Below are positions 27,060 to 40,300 of a DNA stretch of 64,000 nucleotides, piece after piece (the stretch's first letter is position 1; every line of letters begins with the position of its first letter). The DNA comes from Dicyema japonicum (lineage: Eukaryota; Animalia; Dicyemida). Under the pieces are notes generated by a model, which had not been told where the DNA came from, did not search any database, and saw nothing but the letters and a program-made list of their open reading frames with translations. The DNA is taken from positions 54,818 through 118,817 of the forward strand of contig RDEW01000091.1 of assembly GCA_011109175.1 (NCBI GenBank), read 5' to 3'. The translations under genes and the position numbers were made by a program.

Positions 27060-27630
27060 AATTTGTTGTCGCAATTGAATTTGTGGAGATTCGTGAAGAC
27101 ACGACGATCAGTACGGCTGTAACGAATAACAAACCCGACATTTTCGTTTATGATAAAATAAAAAATACGATTAATCTTGTTGAAATTGGGATCACTTTAC
27201 AAAACTGTCAAAAGCAAATCGAGGTAGAACAGTTCCACATGTATGACCTACTGGCGAACGAACTTGAGATTATCCGTTGCGCATAGGTGAAAATAATCCT
27301 TGTGGTCACCTAGGATGAAATTATCTCCAGATTCTTCAAAGGCCACCTGGATGCCCTCGAGGTGGAGGAACCTCAAAGCTTATATACAGACGCTAGTGTT
27401 ACGGAAGACTTTGGAGAGTATGCAAGCTGAAGAGAGGCATAGTGTATCGATGCCTGTTGATGAGGAAGACGGCATGGAATGTCAACCTAAAGTAGTCTCT
27501 GAATGTGGGGTATGCAGCGACGTGAACACGCCTATAAAGGCGATAGGGGTGGGCCCCAAGAAGAGAAGATTGAGTTGGACGGGCGTTATAAATATTACTT
27601 TTACTTATTGTTTGATTAAAAATTAATTAC
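27060..27630 (+). mobile_element. R4/NeSL-like non-LTR retrotransposon RLE C-terminal remnant
   Basis: NKPDIFVYDKIKNTINLVEIGIT..YDLLANEL..AYIQTLVLRKTLES (PD-D/ExK endonuclease). Paralog at 53950-54510. Confidence 0.75.
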
Positions 27631-28583
27631 TTCCTTGTCAACCTGTTCAACGACAGATCCTATCGCAGCTAGATGAACCTCGATGACAAAAAATCCCACA
27701 CTCGAACAGCTTCCATCGCTGGGATTCCAATACTTCTCCAAACCTCACTGTATTTTATTCATCGCTATCTTCGGCAATATCCTGGAAAGTTATAAATAAC
27801 CTCCACTATACCATAATCAGATTTTTTTTTCAATCAAGCAACTTCGATTATTGTTAAGCCCCAGAAAACCACAATAAATTATAAACTTGCAAAAAGAGAT
27901 TCATTCAACAAAGAAACGGAAAAAATACTACAATCCGACACAGAAATGGGGCAAAATTTCCAAAATTTTGAGATTTTCTCCAAAAATAAGGATCTTCTTA
28001 AAAAGCCTAATAAAACTGTGGAAAAATTACTTTATAATAAAAAATTACAAACGTGTAAATTATTATATTTTTATTTTGATAGGAAATACAGTCCCGTGGA
28101 AATGTTACTGCAAGGGTCAAGTAATTCATAAGATAAGCAAAAATGTTATTTTTATTTGATAATTTTTATTATTTTAAAAAGCAAATATGCTTTTTAAATT
28201 TTAGCCAACCTAATCAATTTTTACTTTTTTTATTTAACATTTGCACGAAACTGTATGTCATTTTCATGCGATTTTGTTTTTTTAGTAGTTAATGTACAAT
28301 ATCTACTTTAAATGGGTCTTCTGACTCAACGTAACGTCTAATGACATCTGATCTGTTTTGAATCTGTATTCTGATTTATTCATTTCGTCCCAGGTCATTT
28401 TTGAACATGATATTGTATATTGTGATCTATTTGAACTACAGGATTCTTATGATTGTTTCATCATACAATAAATGATTTTAAACACTTGATGACATTTCTG
28501 TATTAAAGAAGTCGTATTTTTTGAATATTATGTCAATGTTTGAATATTGGATACAAGTAGACAAGTTGCATTATCTATCAGTA

Positions 28584-30368
28584 CAGTCTAACCTCTTATT
28601 GGAACGGACATCGAGGGTTGAACACCTCTGTTTTAGATACACCCTCGGGATTTGGAACACTTCGAATATTTTATTAAAATATTATCAAAATCCTTACAAT
28701 AAAGACCTCGTTTTAGAACACTTATAATTATTATAATTTAAAATTAAATTTTACAGTTTTATATTTTACTACAATTAATTGTTAAATCAAGTGCAGATTT
28801 TTGTTCATTTTTTGATTGTCTTAAGTTATTTACACCTTTTATGGGCTTAAACTACGATACAAAAGTTGAAATTGCTAAACCTCTTTCAAAAAAAAGCATT
28901 CAATTCGAAAACTCGCGAGAGTGTTTGACACAAATATCGGAACAATCTCTAGAATCAAGAGAAACATTGTTCCATTCACAAAAAAATGGACAGATTTATT
29001 CAAATTCAGAGACTTCAGAGTCAGTCACTAGTGAAAAGCATAAAATTTAGATTCAAAAGTGTTGGATGTATTTTTACACCTAAGAAAACAAAACGCTCCC
29101 ATTTCCGGACCTTTAATACAAAAAATCGGTATTATTGTAATTTATAAAATCATTTTATTAGGACTGAAAGTCGCATCTAAAATCTTACTTCAAAATTTAA
29201 TGCTTCAAATGGATGGTTGGAAAAATTCAAATTAGTACATCAACATAAGTTCATATGTTTGTCTGGAGAAAAAGTTTCAAGTTACAGATGCATGATTGAT
29301 GAGTTTTTTTAATTCAATTTAATATCAAAATTGACGAATATGCAAAACAAAACATTTTCAATTGCGACGAAACGTGTCATTTTCAGACGTAGTCTAAAAA
29401 ATCTTTATTCAAAACAATGAAGAGTCATTTGGTTTCAAGCAGAGCAAAGAAAAAGTAACTGTCTTGCTCTGCTGCATCAATACATGAGAAAAAATAGACC
29501 CTTTGATTATTGGTAAGTTTTGTAATCCTAGGAGCTTCAAGAATTTCCTCCCGTAAAACCATTATGTTGTCTATTCTTGATCCAAAAATGCATGGATGAC
29601 AAAAGATTTTGGCTTCATAGGATTAATGAACATTTTTATCACAAAATCGGAAAATTATTCTGCTATTCGACAATGCTGGACCTCATAATAATCTGGAATT
29701 CTCTAACATAGAATTATTTTTCTTACCTAAAAACACAACCTCTATACTTTAGCCACTGGATTGTGAATTATCAAATCTTTCAAGGACACTATTTACATCT
29801 TTAATAGATTATTTATGTTTCACTGACGATCAAGAATTTTTTATTGAGTCCTTAAAGAAGATAAATTTACTTCAAGTGAAATTATTGATTTCTGATGCAT
29901 AGAAAAAGGTTTTATCATTAATTGTTGGGAAAAGTGTTTAGCAAACACCAATCCGATAATCGTAATGGTCATTTCATCAATGAATAAAATTGAAATAGCT
30001 ATCGAATATGTTTTAGAAGAAAATGACCTTGAGTCAGAGCAAAATTTTTATAATGGAATTGAGGCTGAATATGTAACTATAAAAACAGCCATTGATAACA
30101 TAAACAAAGTTGAGGAAAACATTTTAAATATGTTGCTGGATTGTCTTAAAGATTTTGTTGATTTTAGAAAAAAATTCATGCGCAATTTAAAACTTAAATA
30201 TGGTTATGGACAAAAAATTACTGATTACTTTACACAATGTTAGTTTTCCGTTAACTTCTATGGTTTTTAATCAACGAAGTATAGTTATGTACTTAATAAT
30301 AACAAATTTTTGTACGATTTTTTGAGTAACCTCTATTTTTGGAACAAGCACAAATGGAGGCTAGACTG
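28584..30368 (+). mobile_element. pogo/Tigger DNA transposon B, degenerate transposase
   Basis: ta|cagtctaacctc ... gaggctagactg|ta. NASNGW, FNCDET, KEKVTVLLCC, DNAGPH, LPKNTTSIL.PLD. Confidence 0.9.
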
Positions 30369-30505
30369 TAGATCACTATAACATTCTTCTTAAAAAATCG
30401 AATAAGGCAAAGAACAGAAAGGAATCCTTAGATCAGGTAGTTTCGGTTTGTGAATCGAACCTACAACCAATCGCGTCATCAATAACCAATAAATCTACAC
30501 GGTCT
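30369..30505 (-). mobile_element. SINE family 2 partial copy
   Basis: Homologous to 11206-11328; B box ggttcgattc on the minus strand. Confidence 0.55.
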
Positions 30506-30542
30506 TGTGGTTTTTGAGAATTCATTCAGAACACCACTTAAT

Positions 30543-33015
30543 TATTATTATTTAGCACTTCACGAACGCCATACTAATTATAGCCCCGCATGTGCAGCAA
30601 AAGAAACAAGGTTAGATGTCATCCTTTTCCATGCTCCCTGTTCCTAGCAAAGGCTCTCATGTTGTCCAGGTCGTCAGCAATTTTAGATTTCTTTTGATAT
30701 TGACCAGGTCTTTTTGTATAACTATTGGCAGTGTTGTTCTAGGTTATCCTCGATAGCGGCCTTCTTGACTAACATAATCTGTTTTCTATAGATATGTTCG
30801 GTGGGGATGTTAATTCCATTCTCAGCACGTGTCCGAAAAGCTTCCATCGGGATTCAGTACTTCTAAGCTGATAGGTCTAGTTCTGCATATCTTATATAAA
30901 GCATTTTTAGATATTCTAGTTGGCCAAGTAGTTCCTGTTATTTTTCTCAGCTGAGTTCTGTGGAACTAGTCTAGTTTTTCCATATCCGCAGATGAGTTCG
31001 CCCAAGTTCCAGCGTTATATAAAAGTACGGGTTTTTTGAATGCGTCTTATAATAGGATTCTCATTTTCGTGAGATACCTCTTTGATTGAGCCATAGAATC
31101 TTTAGTCTATATAACGTAGCATTAACTAGAGTTTTCCCATGTAAAATATCTTCGCTATCTCATATTAGTGAGCCGAAATTTTTACTTGTCGCCACTTTTC
31201 TTCTAGGACGTTACTCATCGTTCTTATCTCTGTAGTTCTGTTTTCTCTGTTCACAGTAAGAATCTATTTCCCTTGTACATCTGGTGCTTTTTCTAATAGG
31301 TTTTCCAGGACCTTTTGTTTTCAGAAATTAGGACTACATCATCCGCGTAGATCACTTCTCTCGTCTTTCCTTTATAACGGTCTAAGTTCCCTCATAGCGG
31401 CTCCAAATAAATTGTGAATAGTAGAGGAGAAAGGGAGTTTCCATGTGGAGTGCCCGTGTTTGTTTCAAATTTTCTTGAATAGGTCTTTCCGACTCTACAA
31501 GAATCTAGTGTTGGAAAGTAGAATTCTGGTCATTCTAAACTCGACTCATCAAGAAATCCGCTCAGTAGCCCCATTAAAATGTTCCTGTTAACTGTATCAA
31601 AAGCGTTTGATAGGTCAATTCCCAGAATATTGGTGGCGCAACGGTATCTTTGAATGTTGCACACCTCCATCTTGACTCCAGACCGCATCAAGTGTGGATC
31701 TTTCATCTCGAAAACCACTTTGACTATCTGGTCAGTATTTGTAATCAGATCCTTTTATTCGTTCAAGCAGAATGTTTGCAAAGACTTTGCGTAATGAATT
31801 TAGTAGTATGATGGGTCGCAAATTTTCGAGCGGTCCTCTGGTTTGTTAATTTTTTGTATGGCGATTAGCAGTCCCGACCCAGAGGTAGAGTAGAGTTAGT
31901 TGAAAACATTTCATTTAGTAATGTAGCGAATTTTACAAAAAGTGGGTCAGGGCCGTATTTCAGTAATTTAGGTTTATCGCATCTGGTCCATCAAGTCTTC
32001 TATTATTGAGTTTTGGCAGGCCGTTTTGATTTCCTCTGCCACGATTGGTATCTCCAGGTCTTGGCCTTCCATCAAATGGGTGGATTTCTATGGTTTTGAT
32101 GTTGAATAGCTTTTCAAAGTGAGCCGCGATGGCTTCAGTTTGTTCTTCGGTGTTCAGTATCAGCTTACCGTTCTCGTCTTTTATGGTTAGTCGACTTCAG
32201 TTTGTTCGCCGCAGCAAACGGGCAGCGACGTAAACCTGTGCGTTGTATTTCATTTGTTTACTTCATCTATACACGAAGATATTTCTTCTAGGAAAAGCTG
32301 CTTGTTCAGATTTTTATTTTTTTTCTGACACGTTGCCTTTCGCCCTGAAAAGCTTTTATCGTATTAGCATCAGTGGGATTTGATTTCCTCATGTTTATTT
32401 CTTTTAAACTTTTCGCAAGCTCAGGAACATCTGGATGAATAGTCTTCAGGTGCAATTTACTATTCTTCCATTTGCCAAGAAATGCCTCAGCAGCTTCGTT
32501 GATGGTGTCCTTTGTGCGTTTCCATGCGTCTTCAAACGAAGTATCCACCAATACGTTCTGCATATGAGTCTGATTGTATTGTTGATATCTTTCAGTATTC
32601 TCCGGTTGGAAATCAGCCTTTCAGTCGCGTAGTCGACTCTGATTTTTTCAAATTCGTGATTTTTGGCATTTTTGTATTTGATGGCATGTTTTTTCAAAGT
32701 AAAGGTCGCAATAACCATCTTGTGGTCACTGACAGTCATCGAGCCTTCATATGAAGTGCGTTTACTGGATAATGTTTGTCTTTAGCCCGGCATATGACAT
32801 AATCTATTTGGTTGTATATTGGGATCAGCTTTTACTTTGAGTTCCTTCGCTTCTCCATCAAGATTCGTTAATGCAGAATGCATAGGAAAAGTTTGTTTGC
32901 CGTACAAAAGCGACCAAGCATTGTCTCGGCTAGGTTTCTTATTTCACGTCCATGTTCTCCAAGAAAACATCATCAGGGTTATTCTTCATCCCGATTTTCG
33001 CATTCAAATCCTCAG
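30543..33015 (-). mobile_element. 5'-truncated, degenerate RTE-clade LINE
   Basis: DLNAKIG (EN), NLRPIILL-type motif, GIDLSNAFDTVNR, YADDVV and a (taa)n tail preceded by gctata-attag-tatggc. Confidence 0.85.
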
Positions 33016-33019
33016 CAAT

Positions 33020-33072
33020 CAAAAACTGAGGTGTTCCACCTTCGAGGTCCTATCCAAATAGAGGTTAGACTG
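33020..33072 (-). mobile_element. Isolated inverted left end of a Tigger B-family element
   Basis: Reverse complement matches 28584-28635. The opposite end is seen at the same TA site in the paralog at 55113-55140. Empty site caa-ta-tctact at 28300. Confidence 0.8.
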
Positions 33073-33379
33073 TATCTACTTTAAATGGGTTTTCGGACTC
33101 AACGTAATATCTAATGACATCGGATCTATTTTGAATCCATATTCTGATTTATTCATTTAGTCCCAGGCCATCATTGAAAATGATATTGCATATTGTGATC
33201 CCTTTTATAGCTTTATCTATTTGAACTATAGGATTTTTATAATTGTTTCATAATACAATAAATGATTTTTAAACACTTGATGACATTTCTGTATTAAAGA
33301 ACTAGTATTTGTGATTTTATGTCGATGTTTGAATATTGGATACAAGTAGACAAATTGCATTACCTATCAGTATGCTATA

Positions 33380-34220
33380 TGTCACAGGCGCTACGCGTTA
33401 CCGACCGCTACACGTTACATAATGCTCAAATTTACAATTTCATGCATTTTTATTAAACTTTACACATGTTTTTCTCATTTATTATAGTTAAAATTAAAAA
33501 ATTCTAATTTTAATATTTTTGGAAGACGCAACAGTTTTGAAATTTTAAATAGCATAATACAGGCGTCGGCATCGGACAGGAGGGGATGGGAAAGGCTAAT
33601 TAAGAGGATTGTTCAGACGCGGCACGAATAGAATTATAGTTTATATGATTCTATGTAGTTGCTTATAATAATAATAATACAGGCGTGTTTTATAAACTTA
33701 AGTTGATTGCTCCATCTTTCGTTGAAACAACCTAAGAATAAATTGATATAATGAAAATAATGGAAGATAAGGGGATCGTCGATCTAATGACAAGACAAAA
33801 AATACCGATTTACTCAAAAGTCAAACAATTTTTTATCTATCAATGGGAGGTTATTCCTTAAAGACACAAATGGAAACCAAAAATTGTCATTTTCTCTAAT
33901 AATTAGTGGCCTCGCAAATTCATCAATTGACCTATTATTGACATAACACATTGCAACAATATTGCAATGAAAGATATTTTTTCGTGAATAGAGAAATTAT
34001 TCGGAAAGTGGTGTCAGAATGAGATATTCCATGTAACAGCAATATGTGATTGCTTAGACGTCTAACAAATTCATAATATTCCTAACAATCCAAGGAGTCA
34101 AAGGATCATCGAACGCTTCAATCAGACAATCAAAAGATCACTATCTAAGATGATGTCCGAGGATAATTGTTGGAGTGGAATAATGTATGGAGTGGGCATG
34201 ACGTTAATGGTAATTGATTC
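33380..34220 (+). mobile_element. Ginger/gypsy-type integrase remnant
   Basis: PRSQRIIERFNQTIKRSLSKMMSE (rve integrase C-terminal motif); the segment begins with TGT at 33380. Confidence 0.55.
33567..33673 (+). mobile_element. Short RTE 3' fragment with 13-bp TSD
   Basis: ataatacaggcgt at 33554-33566 and 33674-33686; (taa)n tail; ASDRRGWERLIKRI. Confidence 0.75.
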
Positions 34221-34699
34221 AATACACGACAATACAACGAGCAAGAATTCGACCAATTCGCACAAATTGACGGGATCTCCCGTTTGACATCGGAGCGTAT
34301 CTCCAACTTCGCTATTGGCCTGTAACACCCTTGTCAAGAGGATTCTACACTCTATACCAGGACGTCGATCATGTTTATGAGGCCTAGTGCCGTACCTATT
34401 AGTTTTACCAACCTTCCATGATCATTACAAAGATGAACAATTTTTACATGATCTTACTTTTAAATTAATGAAAAAAACTTTTTTCCCAATATCTTTTTAA
34501 GAAGCGTTTGCAGCTCTGGGAAATGAACCTCATTCAAAAATCGGCCAGATAATTCTCATAGTTTTTTTAGTTGGGACTTAACGTTAAAACTCTGGCAGAA
34601 GCACATAGAATTGTTTTTATATATAGTAATAAGATAATTAGTTAACAAAATTATTTTGTTATTTATATACTTACATTTAAAGCAAGTTCTTATCAATTA

Positions 34700-35730
34700 C
34701 TATTGTAGGAACTTATAAAATTTCATAAAAAATTCTTACTTTTTAGCACTACGAGGGTTTCTGTGTTATACAAAAGGTCGTGGTGCCACTGGTGAATAAG
34801 TGGTGCCACTGGTGCTACAAGACGAAGGAATATATTACGAGGTTGAGAAACATACTCCACGCCTAATGGAGATATGTTGAAAGATGCCTTGTTTGTTCTG
34901 GTCCACATAGAAGATAGCAGTGTCCGGTCACAAACAATAATAAGTTGTTTGAATTGTGGTTCATCCAGCCACTTTGGCAATTATGGAAAATGCCCCAAGG
35001 CTGTTGAAGCTAACATAGCGAAGAATAACAAAATTGACCAAAAAGGAAAGAATCGAATGGAAAATTATATCTAAAACGAGAAAATGCCCATAATGGAAGA
35101 AAGTGAATATTCCAAAATTGGAACGAATAAGAAATTAAAGTCAGAGTTTAGAATGTATGGCATCTGGCAGGAATAGGACATATAATAAGAAACCTTCTAA
35201 AAAAGAAACAGTAGAAGTTTTAACACAGAGAAGAGAGGGCAGCCACCGAAAAAACCAGAAGTAGTCAGGATACCCCTGATTAATGCCCGTTCTCTTCGGA
35301 AACGGGCCTCAGTGCTGGTTGCTATAGCCAGCACGATCCAGATGGAAGTTCTAATTATAAACGAAACTAAATTGAAGAAAAGACCATTTAAATTGATGGA
35401 TGCGACTCATTAGATATTTTTTTTGGAAGACTGGTTCTTGTGCTGGAACAGGAACTTCAAATTACTACAAACTTCTTTAAATACAAGACTACCCACGATC
35501 AATGAAGAAAATCTTTGTGAACTAGCAAGCATTAAACTACTAACCACCATGGGATAAATAACTATCGGAGAAATCTATTCTGAAAAACTAAAAGAGTATC
35601 CATAGATTGTTGACAAATTTATAAAAAACAATGAATATCCAATCCTTGTTGAGGACATGAACGCTAAACATACTGACTATGGTTGTGTAACAACCAATCA
35701 AGATGGAAAATGCCTTGTAAAATAAATGAA
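34700..35730 (+). mobile_element. LINE ORF1 (zinc knuckle) plus APE endonuclease remnant
   Basis: SCLNCGSSSHFGNYGKCP; INARSLRKR..IINETKL; DMNAKH-like motif. Confidence 0.65.
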
Positions 35731-35734
35731 GTCT

Positions 35735-35990
35735 GGAGAGCGCTACGCGACCGATTCGCGTTTTATCCGATAGTGGTCGAGACAACTGGAGGAATAAGTG
35801 GAAAATCGCTTCGCTTCCTAAAGAAACTTGGACGCTTAGCTACACTAAAAAGCCACGACGCACGTGAGACCCGGTGGCTACTCCAGTTGATCTCTGTTGC
35901 AATCGTGAGAGGCAACGCAACGTCGATAATGTCGGCGGGTCCACTTTGGATGGATGGCAGTTTTAAATATGCTTTACTGGGGATAAATTA
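35735..35990 (+). mobile_element. CRE RLE 3' fragment
   Basis: FYPIVVETTGGISGKSLRFLKKLG..ISVAIVRGNA; near-identical piece at 63000-63146. Confidence 0.8.
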
Positions 35991-36074
35991 ACTGATTATT
36001 TTAATTGTCTGGAGAGTTAAAGATTTTAATTTTAGTCGAATTTATGCAATTAAACTCGCACATGGATTGGATTT

Positions 36075-36292
36075 GGTTTGACGAGTGACGCCGTCATCAG
36101 TGAATACTCACTGCGGAACTGGATTGTCTTGAAAGGACACTCACACAAGAAAAAAAAAAAGAAGTGAAAATCATTCCTTGGTTCTACGATTAGTTAAAAT
36201 TAACTGTTCTTTACTTAAATAAAGTGTGTGTCCTGCCTATGCGGAGCTATAAAATACTATGGCTCTCGTGAAAAGGCTTTATTATTATTATT
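36075..36292 (+). mobile_element. SINE family 1, 5'-truncated, 13-bp TSD
   Basis: atggattggattt at 36062-36074 and 36293-36305; core, stem-loop and (tta)n tail. Confidence 0.9.
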
Positions 36293-36309
36293 ATGGATTG
36301 GATTTAGCA

Positions 36310-37300
36310 TCTGAATTTATTACATTGCTTGTGGAAGAAAAACGAGAAGAATCGGTGATTTATTACATTGCTTGTGGAAACTCGCATTGTAATAGGGCTT
36401 TTTACGGAGAAGAGACATACGGTGTCTCATGAAAGTGCCCCGATATAGACGACCCCAAATCTTGGCTTTCCTCTTTAGTTAATGGCTCTTACCTTGTTTA
36501 GTTAATTGGGGTTTTGCGAATAAATTATGTTATCTGTTATCTGTAATACGAAAACATTGGATCTCTGGTTTATTGAACCAAGCACGGAATCAAGATATAG
36601 AATTAATCTCTACTTCCAAGGAGCTTCTGTCATTGCCATGTAGAATCTAAGAAGACATCGCATTAGGACAGAAATAGGAGAGATGATTGAGATCTTCAGT
36701 GTGTGTAGAAAATCCGATTTCCTAGCTCACATATGAAATCGAGCTTCGAAGGCGCAATGGAACATGAAATTTCAGCTGCATCCTAGCATCCTCGTTTTGC
36801 TCATTTGATCTCTAGAGCAGGCTCTTGAGGTACTCTGATGTAGGTTGATCGGGATGAATGTATCGGTGGAATTGAATTCCCAGACAAGATGTTTCCTGTC
36901 TTAAAAGTAGAAAATGGGGATCTCATTTGGTAGTTTTCTGTAACGTCTGCAAGAGCAGACTGGCTCTAGCATAGAAGGGCATCCGACAGCATCCAAGAAT
37001 GAGATCAAGAAAAGTACCCAAAACTACTCGGAGTAACTTTGAGTCAGGCCCCAATTCTGGAAAATGTCCCCGACAACAAACAACAAACAATTGAAAATTT
37101 CGCACTTGTCTCTATTCAGTTCCAGACAAGCTTCAGACAAGGCTGGAATCAAAGCTTGTAGATCGCGGAAGACCATCTCTGAGGCTCCTCTAAAGACTGC
37201 ATCGTTAAGCACCGGATGTTTAAAGGGGACCGAGGAAGTTTAGTAATTTTCTCTATCCCAAGGGAAAATGGAAGAGGTCCAATGAGTCATCCTGCTGGAC
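36310..37300 (-). mobile_element. CRE-clade RT remnant
   Basis: GVQQDDSL..; VFRDLQALIPALSEACLELNRDKCEIF. Confidence 0.7.
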
Positions 37301-40300
37301 CCCAGGTGTACAGTCGTTCTGTTTTGGACCATCGACATTACAGAGTTCAAATTTTTCTTTTTTTTGAGACTGGCTAAGAGTTGAACTCCTCTCGATATTG
37401 GGGTGTTCAACATGGTAACATCATCTAATGAAAAGTACCAATCTTCGACTCTAGATTCTTTTTGTTTATTTGATTCAATTCTATACCCGTTATAGAATGT
37501 CCAGATTTTAGTTTGCTTAATTTTCTAAGTTCGGGGACTGAAGATCCACTGTCGTGATTTTTTTTGAGTTTCACTCATTTTCGTCAAAATACAAATTCCA
37601 AATTTAAGTATAATGAAAATATGCGATTCCTTTTAATTATTCGAGTAAACACTTTACGCATATATAACATCGATAAAGTGCATTTAAGTGTATTTTGAGT
37701 ATTTATCAAAAAAATTATCAAATCTCAGATATAAAAACCTTAAATGCATGCAGAAGAACGGACGACTTCGTACCAACCTGAAGACAACAAAATACTGATA
37801 CGCAGCCTTTTGAGATCATCGCTTTAGAAATTCTGATCACGAGGGCCATTATAGTGTGGACACCATCCATATTTTGTTGGAAAAGAGATATGGATTTTTT
37901 GCTTACCAGGAACAACCAAGAAGGATATCCGAGAGCGGCCTTTAATAATAGCCAGTTTAATGAAGCTGGTAATTCTAATTCAACTTTCAAATTTTTAAGC
38001 TAGTGGGGTTCGAATCAGAGACATTCACATTGGAAGAAAAAGACAATCAATCAATATTTAATAATCCCGGATATAAAAGAACCAGGTAAAGAGTCAAATA
38101 ACGTAAAATTAAAGTATATCCAGTTCCATCCTTCTTAAGCATCAGATCAAATCATCTCCATTATTGTAGAAACTTTTTCACTAAAATAGGTAAGACATGG
38201 ATTTTGTGGGAACCGGCAAAGAACTGGCGTCTCCCAAGTCGGGTTGATCTCATGATGCATCTTGTTAATATTAAAAGGCAATAAACATAATTAAATCCTT
38301 ATACACACAGAGAACATCGAGAAACACACACCTACATACAGGACTACATAACCCAGGAAACATCGAGAAAAAAGTTCTCATCATCAAGTGTCTGACTTGA
38401 GTCTACACAGGAAATAGACGAGGACGGATTTTCGTGGAACAACTGACATTTTTCGATCGTGAAATGAGTGGACATTTTGGATTATTTGGTTCTGACACCC
38501 ATTTCTTGGCATCGACGACTTCGACAAGATAGTATAAAAGATCGTAATAAATGTAAAATCTTTGTGTAGCAGATTGGGTTCAACGTCGACGCATAGAGTG
38601 CGACACAAACGTGAACTATAAACCTGAGATTGTTGAAGTCGCAAAAAAACAAAAAATGCACATTTATAACAAATATTGCAACAAAGCATTATTTCTCGTC
38701 TTCATATACAGCAGAATGGTAAAATTCATCAAACACGTGCAACTCCTCTTCAGAAATGGAAAAAAATCAGCCAAGTGATGGCAATTCAAAACTGATTTGA
38801 GGGATTTGTTAGTTGTATAACTCAGTTGATTTGATCTTGGAGGAGAATGGAGTCCACATTTCAACAATAAGGTAAATCTCCGTTTATTTCATCAAAAGGA
38901 ACTCCAATGCTTCACTGTCGGCTATCTCGTGGTCTGGATAGCCAAGATAGAGCCTATATTGAATTTTAATGATTTCTCAGAGGAGTTCATGATTTGTTGA
39001 ATTCGAAACCCAGTTTTCGAATTCTTTGAAAAATATCGCAAAATTTTTTAACGTACAACTCCGAAAGTTTTGAATTCGATTAAAGAAGTTAGATTTCTAT
39101 AGGAATTGTTAGTCCGATCAGGGTGATTTTTTAATGTCAGCAATTAAAAATAATACGATTATCTGAGGACAAAAACTTGTTTTGTCTCCGTTTCGATATC
39201 CACTGTCCTCGAATAATTATGTGATTTTTTTCTCGAAGTATCTTGTCTCGGTCTTGTAATTAATTTAAAGCTGGAGACTTCATTTATTTTTTAACCACGA
39301 ATAAATCGAGAAAGAAGTTAAAGTAAACAACTAATTAAGTATATCCAGTTTCCACTTCCACAGAAAACAGAGTCCATCAGAGTTAACACAAATGGTAAAA
39401 CACGTCAAAACTTGCATTTGTGGAAACGCCTCCAGTGAGTGGGAAAGAGCAAATGATTTTTTTTCGTGCCGGCCTGGGACTGGGCACAACCTGGATAGGT
39501 GGATCATAAACCGCCACTCTAATATAAGAGAGAAAGAACAGACAAACAAACAGAAACTTCAACCGATTTGCCACGAAACACCAATGGTCTATCGCGGAAA
39601 TTATTATTCACCCAATTCTTTTATGTAGCAATAATGAAGTTATATTTGTTTAAGAATTTTCTATTTTTTACATTTATAATAAAAATTTGCATTTTATCTA
39701 AATTTATCTAAATGAGACATGATTATAATCACAGTAGTATATTTCTTTCTCCGTGTTTGATAACATAGTGACAACTCAGAAAATATTAAACAAAAATGCA
39801 TTGTTTCGTCATGGCTCTTTAGTGACGCAGAAACACCAGTCTTTTCAGAAAATACGATTTTTGTTTATCTCCCCAGTTTTCTCTCGACAGTAATAGCACG
39901 TTAACAAGCCGAAGAAATTAAGAACGTCTTGGATTAATAATCATAACATCTTAATTTAAGTAAAGTTCTGCTGCCCGCCATTAAACATAAAATAAAAAAA
40001 TCATTTATTTTAAAATTAACTTAATTTGGATACTTGAATGACCAGACTGTTTCTTCTGACAAGTCTCAGGTAAATCCTTGGTGACTCCTTGGATCTTTGA
40101 GCCGATCCGTAAACTAGTGGGTCAAGGATTCCTGAGGTCCAACAGCAAATGTGAAAATCAAGTGATCTTCCATTAAGGGCTGAATAGTCGTCCAGAATTA
40201 TGTTTCGGTTAGAAAATAATCACCACCTATCGTTAACTAACATCGAACACCATCCAAGATTGTTTTTGAAATTCTCTGCGTCACAATCTTAGATAAAAAA

